Of a stretch of DNA of 55,416 nucleotides, positions 38,161 through 49,406 are shown in pieces. The number at the start of each line of letters is the position of its first letter. The first letter of the stretch is position 1. A program made the translations under genes and the position numbers. Under the pieces are notes generated by a model. That model did not search any database and was not told where the DNA came from. It saw nothing but the letters and a program-made list of their open reading frames with translations. The DNA lies in the NCBI GenBank assembly GCA_002269645.1, contig NIVC01004204.1, positions 1 through 55,416 of the forward strand, given 5' to 3'. This DNA comes from Macrostomum lignano (Eukaryota).

Positions 38161-38988
38161 TCAGCCACGGACGAAGAAGTCGCCGCTGCTTTCGCTGCTG
38201 AAGGCGGCCGAGACCGCAGCATACTCCAGCAGGTGGCACAGGCGCTGCTGCTGGCTGAAGATCACCGCCTGGCAACCGGAACTTTTACTGGAGCACAGAG
38301 ACACGCACTGGATCCGACTCGGAGCGCTCACAGTCGTAAAGTTCGGCGCATCAGGGATGTTGAGTTCGACGAAATTCCGGTTGCCGCGAACAAAGAAGTC
38401 ATTACCTTCGATTTGCAATGAAATAATTTGAAGTTGAGTTGAGTTGAGCCACACTGAAAGGCATCTGATTGTCTGCTTAAAAGTTTGTTTGTCTGTCGCC
38501 AAAATCCAATGCAGCAACATACGAAGAACAAAAATTAAACAAGTGGCCACCAGCAGCAGCAACTCACCGTTGGTGTAGCTCAGCCGGAGCACCCGGTTTC
38601 GCCACATACCTCCGCAGTTCTGGCCCCAGTTTCCACTGCAGGTATCGCTGCACTCCCAGTAAGGAGCAGCGCCCTGCGACCCGTAGGAGTTGCCGCAGTG
38701 GCACCAGTACGCGGCCTGCAGAGCCGCGAACTGGAAGCCGCCCAGAGCGCAGGCGCTGCTGCACACCTCGCGAGTCATCTGACCGCAGTTGATAGAATCG
38801 TATATCTGAGATACCTCGGAGCTGCCGATCCGTGTGAGGCCGATGTTCTTCATGCCACCGACGTCTCTCACGCCATTCGTGCCGTCAACGAAGCAGCCGA
38901 GGTCCGAGATCTGGAACTCCCGGCAGAGAGCGGCGCAGATCAGGCAGCTCAGGATCGGAGCAGCGCAGAGGATCCGGCAGAGAGGCAT
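38161..38988 (-). CDS. Secreted WSC + PAN/Apple domain protein, copy 2 (2 exons, ~221 aa)
   Basis: Exons 38988-38568 and 38405-38161; donor G|GTGAGT, acceptor cgaag|GT shared with copy 3. Same WSC and PAN Cys patterns. The 162-nt intron is stop-free and in frame. Confidence 0.87.
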   Translation of the reverse strand: MPLCRILCAAPILSCLICAALCREFQISDLGCFVDGTNGVRDVGGMKNIGLTRIGSSEVSQIYDSINCGQMTREVCSSACALGGFQFAALQAAYWCHCGNSYGSQGAAPYWECSDTCSGNWGQNCGGMWRNRVLRLSYTNGELLLLVATCLIFVLRMLLHWILATDKQTFKQTIRCLSVWLNSTQLQIISLQIEGNDFFVRGNRNFVELNIPDAPNFTTVSAPSRIQCVSLCSSKSSGCQAVIFSQQQRLCHLLEYAAVSAAFSSESSGDFFVRG

Positions 38989-39073
38989 GGCCAGGCTGGG
39001 TTTGTCAGTTTGGCAGAAGATTGCCGAATCTCTGTGCGAGAGAGAGGCTAAATAACAGCAGCCTTATTGATGC

Positions 39074-39121
39074 GTTGCCATGGAGACTCTCAGCAGGCAG
39101 CGGCTTGCATATCGGTAAACA
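39074..39121 (-). promoter_or_regulatory. RFX X-box (GTTGCCATGGAGAC, 39074-39087) and forkhead site (GTAAACA, 39115-39121) upstream of WSC-PAN copy 2
   Basis: Perfect fit to the X-box consensus GTHNYY-AT-RRNRAC, 86 bp upstream of the ATG, and conserved in copy 3. Confidence 0.6.
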
Positions 39122-41039
39122 GAGCTCTGTCGGATGATGCATGAGTCGGATTGAAATCCATCAGCTCCATACATTAACTCTGTGATTATTCAGAATCAGT
39201 GAGCTGTGAGATCATTCGGAGCCTCAAATTGCTTTTTCACTGCAACATCAAGCTTGCAGCAGCTGCTCACAGATGCATGAGCTTTAGTCGAGATCTATTA
39301 TCGGTTGCGCAGGTGTTGTCGAAGCCACAAGGCCCACCGTCAGTTTGCATCAATAAATGAATTTAATTCTACTGCAGCGCTCAGTTCGTGAGTTAGAGAT
39401 GATAGAGCAGAGTGGCGATGCATGAATAGGACAGACTGAAGCTCTGAAGATTTTAAAATTTTTCGGAAGAAATAAATGAGAAAATTTTTTTTATCAGCTA
39501 AAAAGCTTGGGACTCAGTTAGTCAAATGTTAGCAGCATTCGCCCGCTGCGCAATGGTGTTGCTTAACGGAATGTAGAACAAAGCAATTTTTTTTAATGAA
39601 ACGTCCCGAAGAGTCAGGTGCATGCAACACTGGGAGTCGAGGGATGCCCAGTTGCACGAAGGAAACACAGGCCTTACTGATCAATTTTGTTCAATAAAAT
39701 ATTCCAAACCCTGCTGTGCCGCATCAAAAGGCCCAGAGGCATCAAATACGCTTGTTACCGCCTGAGCGGAGAGCGGAGCCCGAGAGTGATCCTGGCGGCT
39801 CATCAGGCTGATGACAATTCTTCTCCAGCGTGTGTAACATGACTTGAAGTTTTCTGTGATTTTTTAACCGAAATAAATTGAGGACTTTTTACAGGGCTTC
39901 CAGCTCTGCATCTTCCGGACCGAGTTTTGCTGCCCACCAGCAGAGCAGAGCAGGAGCTGCTGCAGCCATCGGGCGTGTCAGGCTCTCACACCACGAGCCC
40001 TGCTTCCATTCCGTGCGCGGTCACATAAAGTAGGGGCTCCTGCAAGAAAAGCTCACTGACAGTTGTCGTGCGATCCACAGCCATGAAGGCCAAAGGAAGG
40101 AAAGGAAATGAAGGAAAAGCACTGAGGTAGAGGTATTTAAGATTTTTCAAGTCGCTGTAAGAAAAGCAACTAAAAGAATGGTGCAAAAATTCAAGAGATT
40201 TAAGAAATCGCAAGTTTTAATTGTCGAAAACATTATTTTGGTGGTGCATAGACTTGAGCCGCAATGGTCTTGGTGCTGCTGTTATGGGATAGCGGGGCAA
40301 CATAACATGCTGTGCTAGTGTTGCAGAGAATTTAATTTTTCAAATTTAAGGACAGACAGTTCCTCTGGAGGCAATCCCGATTGTTGGCAATGGTGTCATT
40401 CCACCATGCACTGTCAGTTGCGCTCTCTGCAAACTTGTCTTTGCTACGATACTACGATACTAGTCACCCTTACGCCATTGGCGTCCAACGACGCAACTCG
40501 CCCAATTGTTGTCGTGCGATTCGCCGAGTGTACAAGCCTGACGATCAGAAAGTCAGGGCCGCAGTACATCCTGTGTGTGCTTGCGTACAGTATTGGTGTG
40601 ACCAAGGAGTCCGCGAAATGGGCAGGATTGACTCAAGAGAGCCTGAGGCATCAATCCAAGTCAACTGCTGGCAAACTGATTAAAACGAAGCAAATGCATT
40701 CACAAGTTTTCATCATTCATTGACTAAAGAGCTACAAAATTCACATATTGATATTCGCCTGCACCAGCTGATAGGCATTGTGTATAATTTATTGTGCATA
40801 ATTTAAGCTGACTGGATGCTCAGGCTTAAGTGGAAGAATGCAGGACATCGATTTGTAAACAGCGTGTAGAATAAGAGATTATTAAGCGAAATTAAATCAG
40901 CAATTCAGAATTCACTGCGCTATGGTAAATATGGATGATTGGAATTGCACATTAGAGCTCGAACACTGCGATTCATAAGGCAATCAATGGTGACAGACAA
41001 CAGGCACTCGCTTGTCTTTGCAAAGCTGGCTGTGTTTCT

Positions 41040-43335
41040 GTTTGTGTCTGCCTGTCCCAGGGTCTGTCTGTCCCAGTGTTTGCCTGTCCCAGTGTTTGCC
41101 TGTCCCAGTGTCTGCCTGTCCCAGTGTCTGCCTGTCCCAGTGTCTGTCTGTCCCAGTGTCTGTCTGTCCCAGTGTCTGTCTGTCCCAGTGTCTGTCTGTC
41201 CCAGTGTCTGTCTGTCCCAGTGTTTGCCTGTCCCAGTGTCTGCCTGTCCCAGTGTTTGCCTGTCCCAGTGTCTGCCTGTCCCAGTGTTTGCCTGTCCCAG
41301 TGTCTGCCTGTCCCAGTGTCCTCTTGTCTTCAGTTTCTGCCTGTCCCAGTGTCTGTCTCAGCGTCCTCCTGTCCCAGTGTCTGTCTGTCCCAGTGTCTGT
41401 CTCAGTGTCCTCCTGTCCCAGTGTCTGTCTGTCCCAGTGTCTGTCTCAGTGTCCTCCTGTCCCAGTGTCTGTCTGTCCCAGTGTCTTCTTGTCTCAGTGT
41501 CTGCCTGTCCCAGTGCCTGTCCCAGTGCCTGTCCCAGTGCCTGTTCCAGTGCCTGTCCCAGTGCCTGTCCCAGTGCCTGTCCCAGTGCCTGTCCCAGTGC
41601 CTGTCCTAGTGCCTGTCCCAGTGCCTGTCCCAGTGCCTGTCCCAGTGCCTGTCCCAGTGTCTTCTTGTCTTAGTGTCTGCCTGTCTCAGTGTCCTCCTGT
41701 CCCAGTGTCTGCCTGTCCCAGTGTCTGCCTGTCCCAGTGTCTGTCTGTCCCAGTGTCTGTCTGTCCCAGTGTCTGTCTGTCCCAGTGTCTGTCTGTCCCA
41801 GTGTCTGTCTGTCCCAGTGTTTGCCTGTCCCAGTGTCTGCCTGTCCCAGTGTTTGCCTGTCCCAGTGTCTGCCTGTCCCAGTGTTTGCCTGTCCCAGTGT
41901 CTGCCTGTCCCAGTGTCCTCTTGTCTTCAGTTTCTGCCTGTCCCAGTGTCTGTCTCAGCGTCCTCCTGTCCCAGTGTCTGTCTGTCCCAGTGTCTGTCTC
42001 AGTGTCCTCCTGTCCCAGTGTCTGTCTGTCCCAGTGTCTGTCTCAGTGTCCTCCTGTCCCAGTGTCTGTCTGTCCCAGTGTCTTCTTGTCTCAGTGTCTG
42101 CCTGTCCCAGTGCCTGTCCCAGTGCCTGTCCCAGTGCCTGTTCCAGTGCCTGTCCCAGTGCCTGTCCCAGTGCCTGTCCCAGTGCCTGTCCCAGTGCCTG
42201 TCCTAGTGCCTGTCCCAGTGCCTGTCCCAGTGCCTGTCCCAGTGCCTGTCCCAGTGTCTTCTTGTCTTAGTGTCTGCCTGTCTCAGTGTCCTCCTGTCCC
42301 AGTGTCTGCCTGTCTCAGTGTCTGTCTCAGCGTCCTCCTGTCCCAGTGTCTGTCTGTCCCAGTGTCTGTCTCAGTGTCCTCCTGTCCCAGTGTCTGTCTG
42401 TCCCAGTGTCTGTCTCAGTGTCCTCCTGTCCCAGTGTCTGTCTGTCCCAGTGTCTTCTTGTCTCAGTGTCTGCCTGTCCCAGTGCCTGTCCCAGTGCCTG
42501 TCCCAGTGCCTGTTCCAGTGCCTGTCCCAGTGCCTGTCCCAGTGCCTGTCCCAGTGCCTGTCCCAGTGCCTGTCCTAGTGCCTGTCCCAGTGCCTGTCCC
42601 AGTGCCTGTCCCAGTGCCTGTCCCAGTGTCTTCTTGTCTTAGTGTCTGCCTGTCTCAGTGTCCTCCTGTCCCAGTGTCTGCCTGTCTCAGTGTCTGCCTG
42701 TCCCAGTGTCTGTCTGTCCCAGTGTCTGTCTGTCCCAGTGTCTGTCTGTCCCAGTGTCTGTCTGTCCCAGTGTCTGTCTGTCCCAGTGTTTGCCTGTCCC
42801 AGTGTCTGCCTGTCCCAGTGTTTGCCTGTCCCAGTGTCTGCCTGTCCCAGTGTTTGCCTGTCCCAGTGTCTGCCTGTCCCAGTGTCCTCTTGTCTTCAGT
42901 TTCTGCCTGTCCCAGTGTCTGTCTCAGCGTCCTCCTGTCCCAGTGTCTGTCTGTCCCAGTGTCTGTCTCAGTGTCCTCCTGTCCCAGTGTCTGTCTGTCC
43001 CAGTGTCTGTCTCAGTGTCCTCCTGTCCCAGTGTCTGTCTGTCCCAGTGTCTTCTTGTCTCAGTGTCTGCCTGTCCCAGTGCCTGTCCCAGTGCCTGTCC
43101 CAGTGCCTGTTCCAGTGCCTGTCCCAGTGCCTGTCCCAGTGCCTGTCCCAGTGCCTGTCCCAGTGCCTGTCCTAGTGCCTGTCCCAGTGCCTGTCCCAGT
43201 GCCTGTCCCAGTGCCTGTCCCAGTGTCTTCTTGTCTTAGTGTCTGCCTGTCTCAGTGTCCTCCTGTCCCAGTGTCTGCCTGTCTCAGTGTCTTCCGGTCC
43301 CAGTGTCTGCCTGTCCCAGTGTCTGCCTGTCTGTC
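41040..43335. repeat. Complex minisatellite (ctgtcccagtg[c/t] 10-16 bp units) with higher-order repeats
   Basis: Marker cttcttgtcttag ends at 41673, 42270, 42642, 43239, giving spacings of 597, 372 and 597 bp. Confidence 0.95.
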
Positions 43336-43737
43336 TTTCGGTCTGTCAGTCAGTGAGGCGATTCATCCATATCTTATGTTTTTACTCTTAAAATCTCTTC
43401 TCGTCTCAATGAAGATAAAGGTTAGGAGATGTAAATCAGGTGAAAAATTAAGGTCATATAACCATTCGAAATCAGCAATAAGAATCACACACCATAAAAA
43501 GTGATTAGAAAATTTCAGCAGAAAATGGTTGAACCTAAGAATCAAGCAGAATTCCGCATACCAGTTGGCCTGAAGATTCGCATTTATCATGCCAGTGAAT
43601 CGTGATGAACTGCATGCAATTCTACGAGTATTAGTACTCATAGAGCTAGCAGAAACGCGATGATACCTGCAGTGATTTGCCTAATTCAGCTAAATATTGC
43701 AGTTGTCAGAAAGTTTATGTTTCAATCATCTCGTTCG

Positions 43738-46700
43738 TCACTTCTGCTCGTCCCCCAGCCACCGCCTGAAGGCAGCCACCTGCTGGCGAACGGACTCCAG
43801 GGCGGTGCCGCCGAAGGCGCCGTACTGCTCAACGCTTGTCTCAAAGTCCCACAGCTGGGTGACTTCTTCGCCGAATGTGTCGCTGCGGGACGATTGGGGA
43901 CAGTCAGTCAGTCAGTCAGTCAGTCAGTCAGTCAGTCAGTCAGTCAGTCAGTCAGTCAGTCAGTCAGTCAGTCAGTCAGTCAGTCAGTCTGTTTGGGAGG
44001 TAGATTAGTAGCATTGATTTTCTTTCCAATTCCACTGCGTGTTTTAATGTACGTACGTGTTTATTATTCAATTTTCTATGTACGCTGATTTAGCCCAGGC
44101 CCATCTCACCCACCCCCCTCCACGCTGGCTGATTCTGACTGACTGCAATATATATATCATCGAGAGGGCTTATTAGCCCTGTGTACGGTTTACGCTTTTC
44201 GTTTTGTTAGCGTCTCGCTTGAGCCTCAGCTCCAAAATAGTTTGGCGGACCATCGGTCTTTTCATTTCTACAGTACATTTTGGTAGCAGAGCGTGGTTGG
44301 ACAAGCCTAACTTACCACTGACGTGGCAAGCAATAGAATCCTACTGTGAAACGAAGGACCAAGATGGACAGTGACGACGCCAATGAACAACAACAGGAAG
44401 CCCAAGACGATGCCGGCGCGCTGCGTTTAGAGAAGCTGCGCTTCGAGAAATCCCGAAAAAAAGCAGCGTTCACTCGTTGCAAAAACAAACTGTCTTGGCT
44501 GCTAAAGACGGGCGCCTCTGATGAGGAAGTGCAAGCTACCTGCGATGCTCTATCCGACCTGCAGGACCTGGTCAGCGCCATCCAGGAAGAACTGCATCAA
44601 GGCTACGCCGACGCCAAGGACAACGAGAGGCGACAACGCCTACTAGAAGAGATGGAGGAGACTGAGCGCGACTACCAAGCTGCCATTCAGCGCGTCGAAA
44701 GTTCCAGAAACCGGGGATTGCAGCGCGCCCAAGAAGCCCCTCCTGCCGCGAGTTCAAGCGGTGAGAACGCTGCGGGTGACCAAGAAGAAGCAGCTGGTGA
44801 GTTAGACAAACTTTCTGGCAGTGCTGCGTCCAGCAAAGGATCCAACCCGAAGGAGCTTTCAAAGGATTTGTGGAAGATGCTGAAGCGTGTTGAAATCCCA
44901 ACGTTTAGTGGAGAAAAGCAGAAGTATGAAAACTGGAAGGCAGCCTTTGTTGCGTGCATCGACAGCCCCTGCAACACCAGAATTCAAGTTGCTGCAGCTT
45001 AGGCAGTACCTCAGCGGTGAAGCTTTGAAGGTTATAGAACATCTAGGACACTCCGCTGCTGCATATGAAGCTGCAAAAGAGAGATTAGAGAGAGAATTTG
45101 GTGGACAGCGTAGGCAACTTGCTCTGCACTTGGAAGAGCTGGACAGCTTTCCGATCGTGCGAAATGGAAACGCCAAGGATCTGAAAAGCTTTGCTAATCT
45201 ACTGGATGTGGCTGTCGTTAACCTTGAGGATGCGGGTAAAGAGGCAGAGCTTCAAGATGGGATGTTGTATGTGAGGCTGCAGAAAAAGTTGCCTGAGCAG
45301 ATGGTTGCCAGCTACCGGAGGTGGATCTTTGAGCAGCGGAAGCCGGAGACTGTTAGAAATCTGAGAATTTGGGTGCTGCAAGAAGCAGAGTTTCAGACTG
45401 AAGCGTCAGAGATTGTGCAGGGCGTTGCCACCATGCAGCAGGAGCGTCAAAAGCGAGAGCAGCGACCAAAGACTTTCGTTACTACGGACAGTGACAAGAA
45501 GGTACAGCGAAAGATTTGCATTGTTTGTCAAGGTGATCACGAGCTGTGGTCCTGCAGTGAGTTCAAGGAGCTTCCGGTGGAAAAACGCTGGGACGCGGCG
45601 CAGAGCTCGAAGTGTTGTTTCCGGTGCTTGGGCCAAGGACATCTTGGCAGCCAATGTCGGCGCGGTCGTCGGTGCGGCATCAACAGCTGCACAAAGTTCC
45701 ATCATCGCCTGCTTCATGCAGAAAAAGTGTTGGCCAAGTCTGGTGAAGCGAAGCAGACTGCATCCAAGGACGCTAAATCCGCTTCCAGTTCAGGAAAGAC
45801 TGGACCGGTGACGCTTCTGTCGGCTGGTGAAACGGCAATCTCGCTACGAACGGTACCTGTAGTCCTACGGAACGGGTCCCGGAAGCTGAAGGTGAATGCC
45901 TTGCTCGACGATGCCAGTACCAGGAGCTACATCAACATCGGGATAGCAGAAGCGCTTGGAGCGCATGGAGTGCTCGAAAAGGTGAAAGTCGGAGTCATCA
46001 ATGGCCAAACAGAGACCTTCATGACAGCCCCAGTCTGCTTTAGCTTGGAAAGTCTGGATGGTCAGACCAGCTCAATGATCGTCGCCTTCACCGCTGATCA
46101 CGTGACCGGGTCCCTCAAAGGCGTCGACTGGCACGAAGAAGCGCAGCAGTGGCCTCATCTGAGAAATGTGCCGTTTCCGAAGCTGTGTGAGCCTGCAGTA
46201 GTGGACTTGCTGATTGGTGCTGATCACCCGGATCTTCACGTGTCCCTCAAGGAAATCGCCGGACAGCCGCTGGAGCCAAAGGCGCGCCTGACTCCCCTGG
46301 GTTGGACGTGCATCGGTCGCACAGAGCAGGACAATTCTGAGATGCAGAACGCCCATTTTGCTGCCACTTTCTTCAGCTGCGATTCCGAATCTGGTCAGGT
46401 GGCTAAGATCCTGCGGCAGTTTTGGGAGATCGAGAACGTCTCAGAAGGTGCCAATCGAAGTCCGCTGAAGGCCGATGAGGAGAGAGCCGTCCAGCAAGCC
46501 AAGTCGTCGCTAAAGTACACGAAGGGCCGTTACCAGATCGGGATTCCATGGAAAAAGGATCGGCTGGCTCCAGCAGGCACTTTCTCAATGGCCTTGAAGC
46601 GACTAAAGAACACCGAACAGCGGCTGATTAAGGAAATGAACGTCTGCAAGCAGTATCAGGAGATCCTTGAAAAGTATGAACAGCAAGGTTATATCCGAAA

Positions 46701-47739
46701 AGTGTCGCAAGCTGAGACTGAAGGCCGCTGTTTCCTGCCGCACTTCCCAGTGCTGCGGCCAGACAAGACTACAACAAAAGTGCGGATAGTCTTTGATGCA
46801 TCGGCTGCCAGATTGAACGACCAGATCCTCCAGGGCCCCAAACTGCAGAGGGATTTGGTTGACGTGCTGCTTCGGTTCCGCCGACACCCGATTGCGATCG
46901 CATGCGACGTAGCGGAAATGTATCTCCAGATCGAAATGGACCCGAAGGACAGGCCGCTGCACAGTTTCCTTTGGCGGGACGCCGATCCTTCAAAGCAACC
47001 GGATGTCTACGAGTTCAACAGAGTGGTGTTCGGCGTCACCAGCTCTCCTTTCTTGGCACAGTTCGTTACCCGCTGCCATGCTGAAAAGTTAAAAGGTGAG
47101 CTTCCAGAGGCGGCCGAGACAGTACTCCACTCTACCTATATGGATGACAGCCTGGACTCTGCGCCCACCGAGGCAGCCGCCTGCAGGCTGTACGATCAAC
47201 TCAGTGAGCTCTGGAGGCGCGCCGGCATGCACGCGCGCAAGTGGGTCTCGAACTCGAGAGCTGTGCTCGATAGAATCCCACCTGAAGACCGTGCAGCAGT
47301 CAGTCAGTCAGTCAGTCAGTCAGTCAGTCAGTCAGTCAGTCAGTCAGTCAGTCAGTCAGTCAGTCAGCTGCTCACCTGACAGTCCGGAAGTCCTCAAAGG
47401 TCAGCTGGTGCAGCTGACACGCCTTGGCTTCGGCCAGCGCCACGCAACGCCCGGAGGCGGCGTGGGCCTCCCTGAACGGCACCCCGCGGCGCACCAAATA
47501 GTAGGCCAGGTCGGTGGCCAGCATGTCGCAGCTGAGGGCGCCGGCGCAGGCCTCCGGGTGCACCGTCGGCGATTCGAACCACGGCTGACACGGTGTCAGC
47601 TGAGTCGAACAAGCCCTCCTTGTCCTCCTGCAGGTCCTTGTTGAAGGCGCTGGGCAGGGACTTCTGCACCATGAGCAGGGACACCAGGTGGCCGCACAGC
47701 CGTCCGGTTTTGCCGCGGATGAGCTCCAGACTGTCCGCG

Positions 47740-47771
<32 letters not shown>

Positions 47772-49406
47772 GCTGTACGCGTCCGACAGCGTGACGAAGC
47801 CGAACTCCTTGCTGCAGAAGAGGATCAGGTCCTCGGCGAGGCGGCTCAGGTGGTTGCCAATCATGGCGGCCGCGAACTGGAACTCCGAGGCGAAGTCGCG
47901 GTCCGCCACGGCGTCCAGACTGTTCCAGGTGACCCCAGAGGTGAAGCCGAGGGCGTCTGGGATTTTTGATGGGGCTGGTTAATACCTGTTAAGGATTCTA
48001 AGAATACCTGTTGACGATTCTGAGAATACCTGCTCACGATTCTAAGAATACCTGCTCACGATTCTAAGAATACCTGTTGACGATTCTAAGAATACCTGTA
48101 GACCATTCTGAGAATACCTGTTAACGATTCTAAGAATACCTGTAGACCATTCTAAGAATACCTGTTGACGATTCTGAGAATACCTGTTCACGATTCTAAG
48201 AATACCTGTTCACGATTCTAAGAATAACTGTTCACGATTCTAAGAATACCTGTTGACGATTTTGAGAATACCTGTTGACGATTCTGAGAATACCTGCTCA
48301 CGATTCTAAGAATACTGTTCTCGATTCTTAGAATACCTGTTCACGATTCTGAGAATACCTGTTCTCGATTCTTTGAATACCTGTTCACGATTCTGAGAAT
48401 ACCTGTTAACGATGCTGAGAATACCTGTTGACGATTCTGAGAACACCTGTTCTCGATTCTTAGAATACCGGTTCACGATTTCAGGAATATCTGCTCACGA
48501 TTCCAGGAATGCCTGTTCACGATTCTAAGAATACCTGTTCACGATTTTACGAATACCCGCTCACGATTGCTTGAATATCTGTTTACGATTTAAGAATGCC
48601 TGGTAACGATTCTAAAAAATACCTGTTCGCGAATCTAAGAATGAAAGACAATACTTCCTATTCCCAATTCCGCACGCCTTAATTCCCCACACCCGAATTC
48701 CCCAAACCCCGATTCCACAGCTCCGATTCCCTCGCCCTACCGGCCAACGCCTGCCTGTCCACCTCGAAGGGGTTGCCGGCCAGGGCGCCGCTGCCCAGCG
48801 GGCACATGGCGGTGCGGGCCCGGCAGTCGGCCAGTCTCTGGCAGTCCCTGCGCAGCATGGAGGCGTAGCTGAGCAGCCAATGGGACCAGCGCACCGGCTG
48901 GGTCCGCTGCAGGTGGGTGTAGCCCGGCATGAGCACGCCGGTCTCCGACTCCGCCCGGCTGACCAGGGTGTTGATGAGGTGGCGCAGCTGGGGCAGCAGC
49001 TCATCCGATAAGTAGTCCATGAGCCACAGGCGGATATCCGTGGCTACCTGAGCTCTGAGGGTTTTGGTAGAGACTGGTTGTGACATGTGCAGTGACTAGC
49101 GGCCCTCGCACCCCTTTTAACACCCCGAGTAGCCAGGACAATGATGGGGTCCGTCCCCCTACAAATCACCTGGATAATGAGGGGTCAGTCCACCTAAGCT
49201 ACCTGGATAATGAAGGGCCAGTCACCCTAAGCTGCCTGAATAATGAGGGGTCAGTCACCCTAAGCTACCTGGATAATGGGGGGTCAGTCCCTCCTAAGCT
49301 ACCTGGATTATGAGGGGTCAGTCCCAAAGCTACCTGCACATCAACGAGGCCAGCTCAGGCTGAGGGTGCCGCACCCTTCTCCCCAGCCCCACCTGGTCAT
49401 TCCTGC
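43738..49406 (-). CDS. ASL: Argininosuccinate lyase, partial and frameshifted (possible pseudogene)
   Basis: Exon remnant 49406-49393 (SRNDQ), exons 49047-48741, 47956-47376, 43882-43738. Motifs [28 protein letters not shown], signature [59 protein letters not shown]. Frameshift at ~47567 where about 7 codons (TGVISTL in human ASL) are missing. The N-terminal ~110 aa were not found in the window. Confidence 0.9.
43901..43989. repeat. (CAGT)n microsatellite, left flank of the BEL element
   Basis: Direct reading. Confidence 0.97.
43990..44277 (+). repeat. 5' LTR of the BEL/Pao element (~288 bp)
   Basis: TG...CA termini, directly followed by ttt and the PBS. Confidence 0.75.
44281..44298 (+). 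promoter_or_regulatory. Primer binding site TGGTAGCAGAGCGTGGTT (complementary to the initiator tRNA-Met 3' end)
   Basis: Begins with TGG, resembles known tRNAi-Met PBS sequences (TGGTAGCAGAG..TGGTT), and lies 3 nt after the LTR. Confidence 0.75.
44364..47296 (+). pseudogene. BEL/Pao gag-pol ORF, 1-nt frameshift at ~44965, truncated after RT
   Basis: ORFs 44346-45002 and 44887-47379 join as CID-[shift][16 protein letters not shown]. Confidence 0.88.
47297..47367. repeat. (CAGT)n microsatellite, right flank of the BEL element
   Basis: Direct reading. Confidence 0.97.
47983..48640. repeat. 22-bp minisatellite (agaatacctgttcacgattcta)n in an ASL intron
   Basis: About 30 degenerate tandem units with no unique spacers. 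Confidence 0.9.
49165..49335. repeat. ~33-bp minisatellite (ctacctggataatgaggggtcagtccacctaag) in an ASL intron
   Basis: About 5 degenerate units. Confidence 0.8.

Larger units (their letters stand above)
37303..39365 (-). repeat. Left arm of a ~2 kb inverted segmental duplication (partner ~52565-54470)
   Basis: Reverse complement aligns by eye from agcgcttgcaaagctt (37303) through the gene to aattcatttattga (~39360). The 3' flank is visibly more similar than the 5' flank; ~37393-37560 is present only in this arm. Confidence 0.85.
43990..47296 (+). mobile_element. BEL/Pao LTR retrotransposon, 3'-truncated (5' LTR, PBS, gag-protease-RT)
   Basis: LTR 43990(TG)-44277(CA) with tatatata near 44150; PBS at 44281. 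DUF1759-like IPTFSG...YENWK..F...[12 protein letters not shown], three Cys/His knuckles, protease [35 protein letters not shown]...IA...DV.EMYLQI, YMDD. Ends abruptly at IPPEDRA; RNase H, integrase and 3' LTR are absent. Confidence 0.92.

Noticed and set aside
39690-40723. Short ORFs and acceptor-like sites between WSC-PAN copy 2 and the satellite
   Set aside because: No consistent exon chain or recognisable domain could be built.
41012-43504. 830-aa Cys/Pro/Val-rich ORF and overlapping ORFs
   Set aside because: Entirely minisatellite-derived; several frames are open simultaneously and there is no non-repeat coding context.
47983-48640. 22-bp repeat array resembling CRISPR
   Set aside because: Units are head-to-tail with no unique spacers, lie inside a eukaryotic intron, and no cas genes are present. 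The same applies to the 33-bp and 16-bp arrays.
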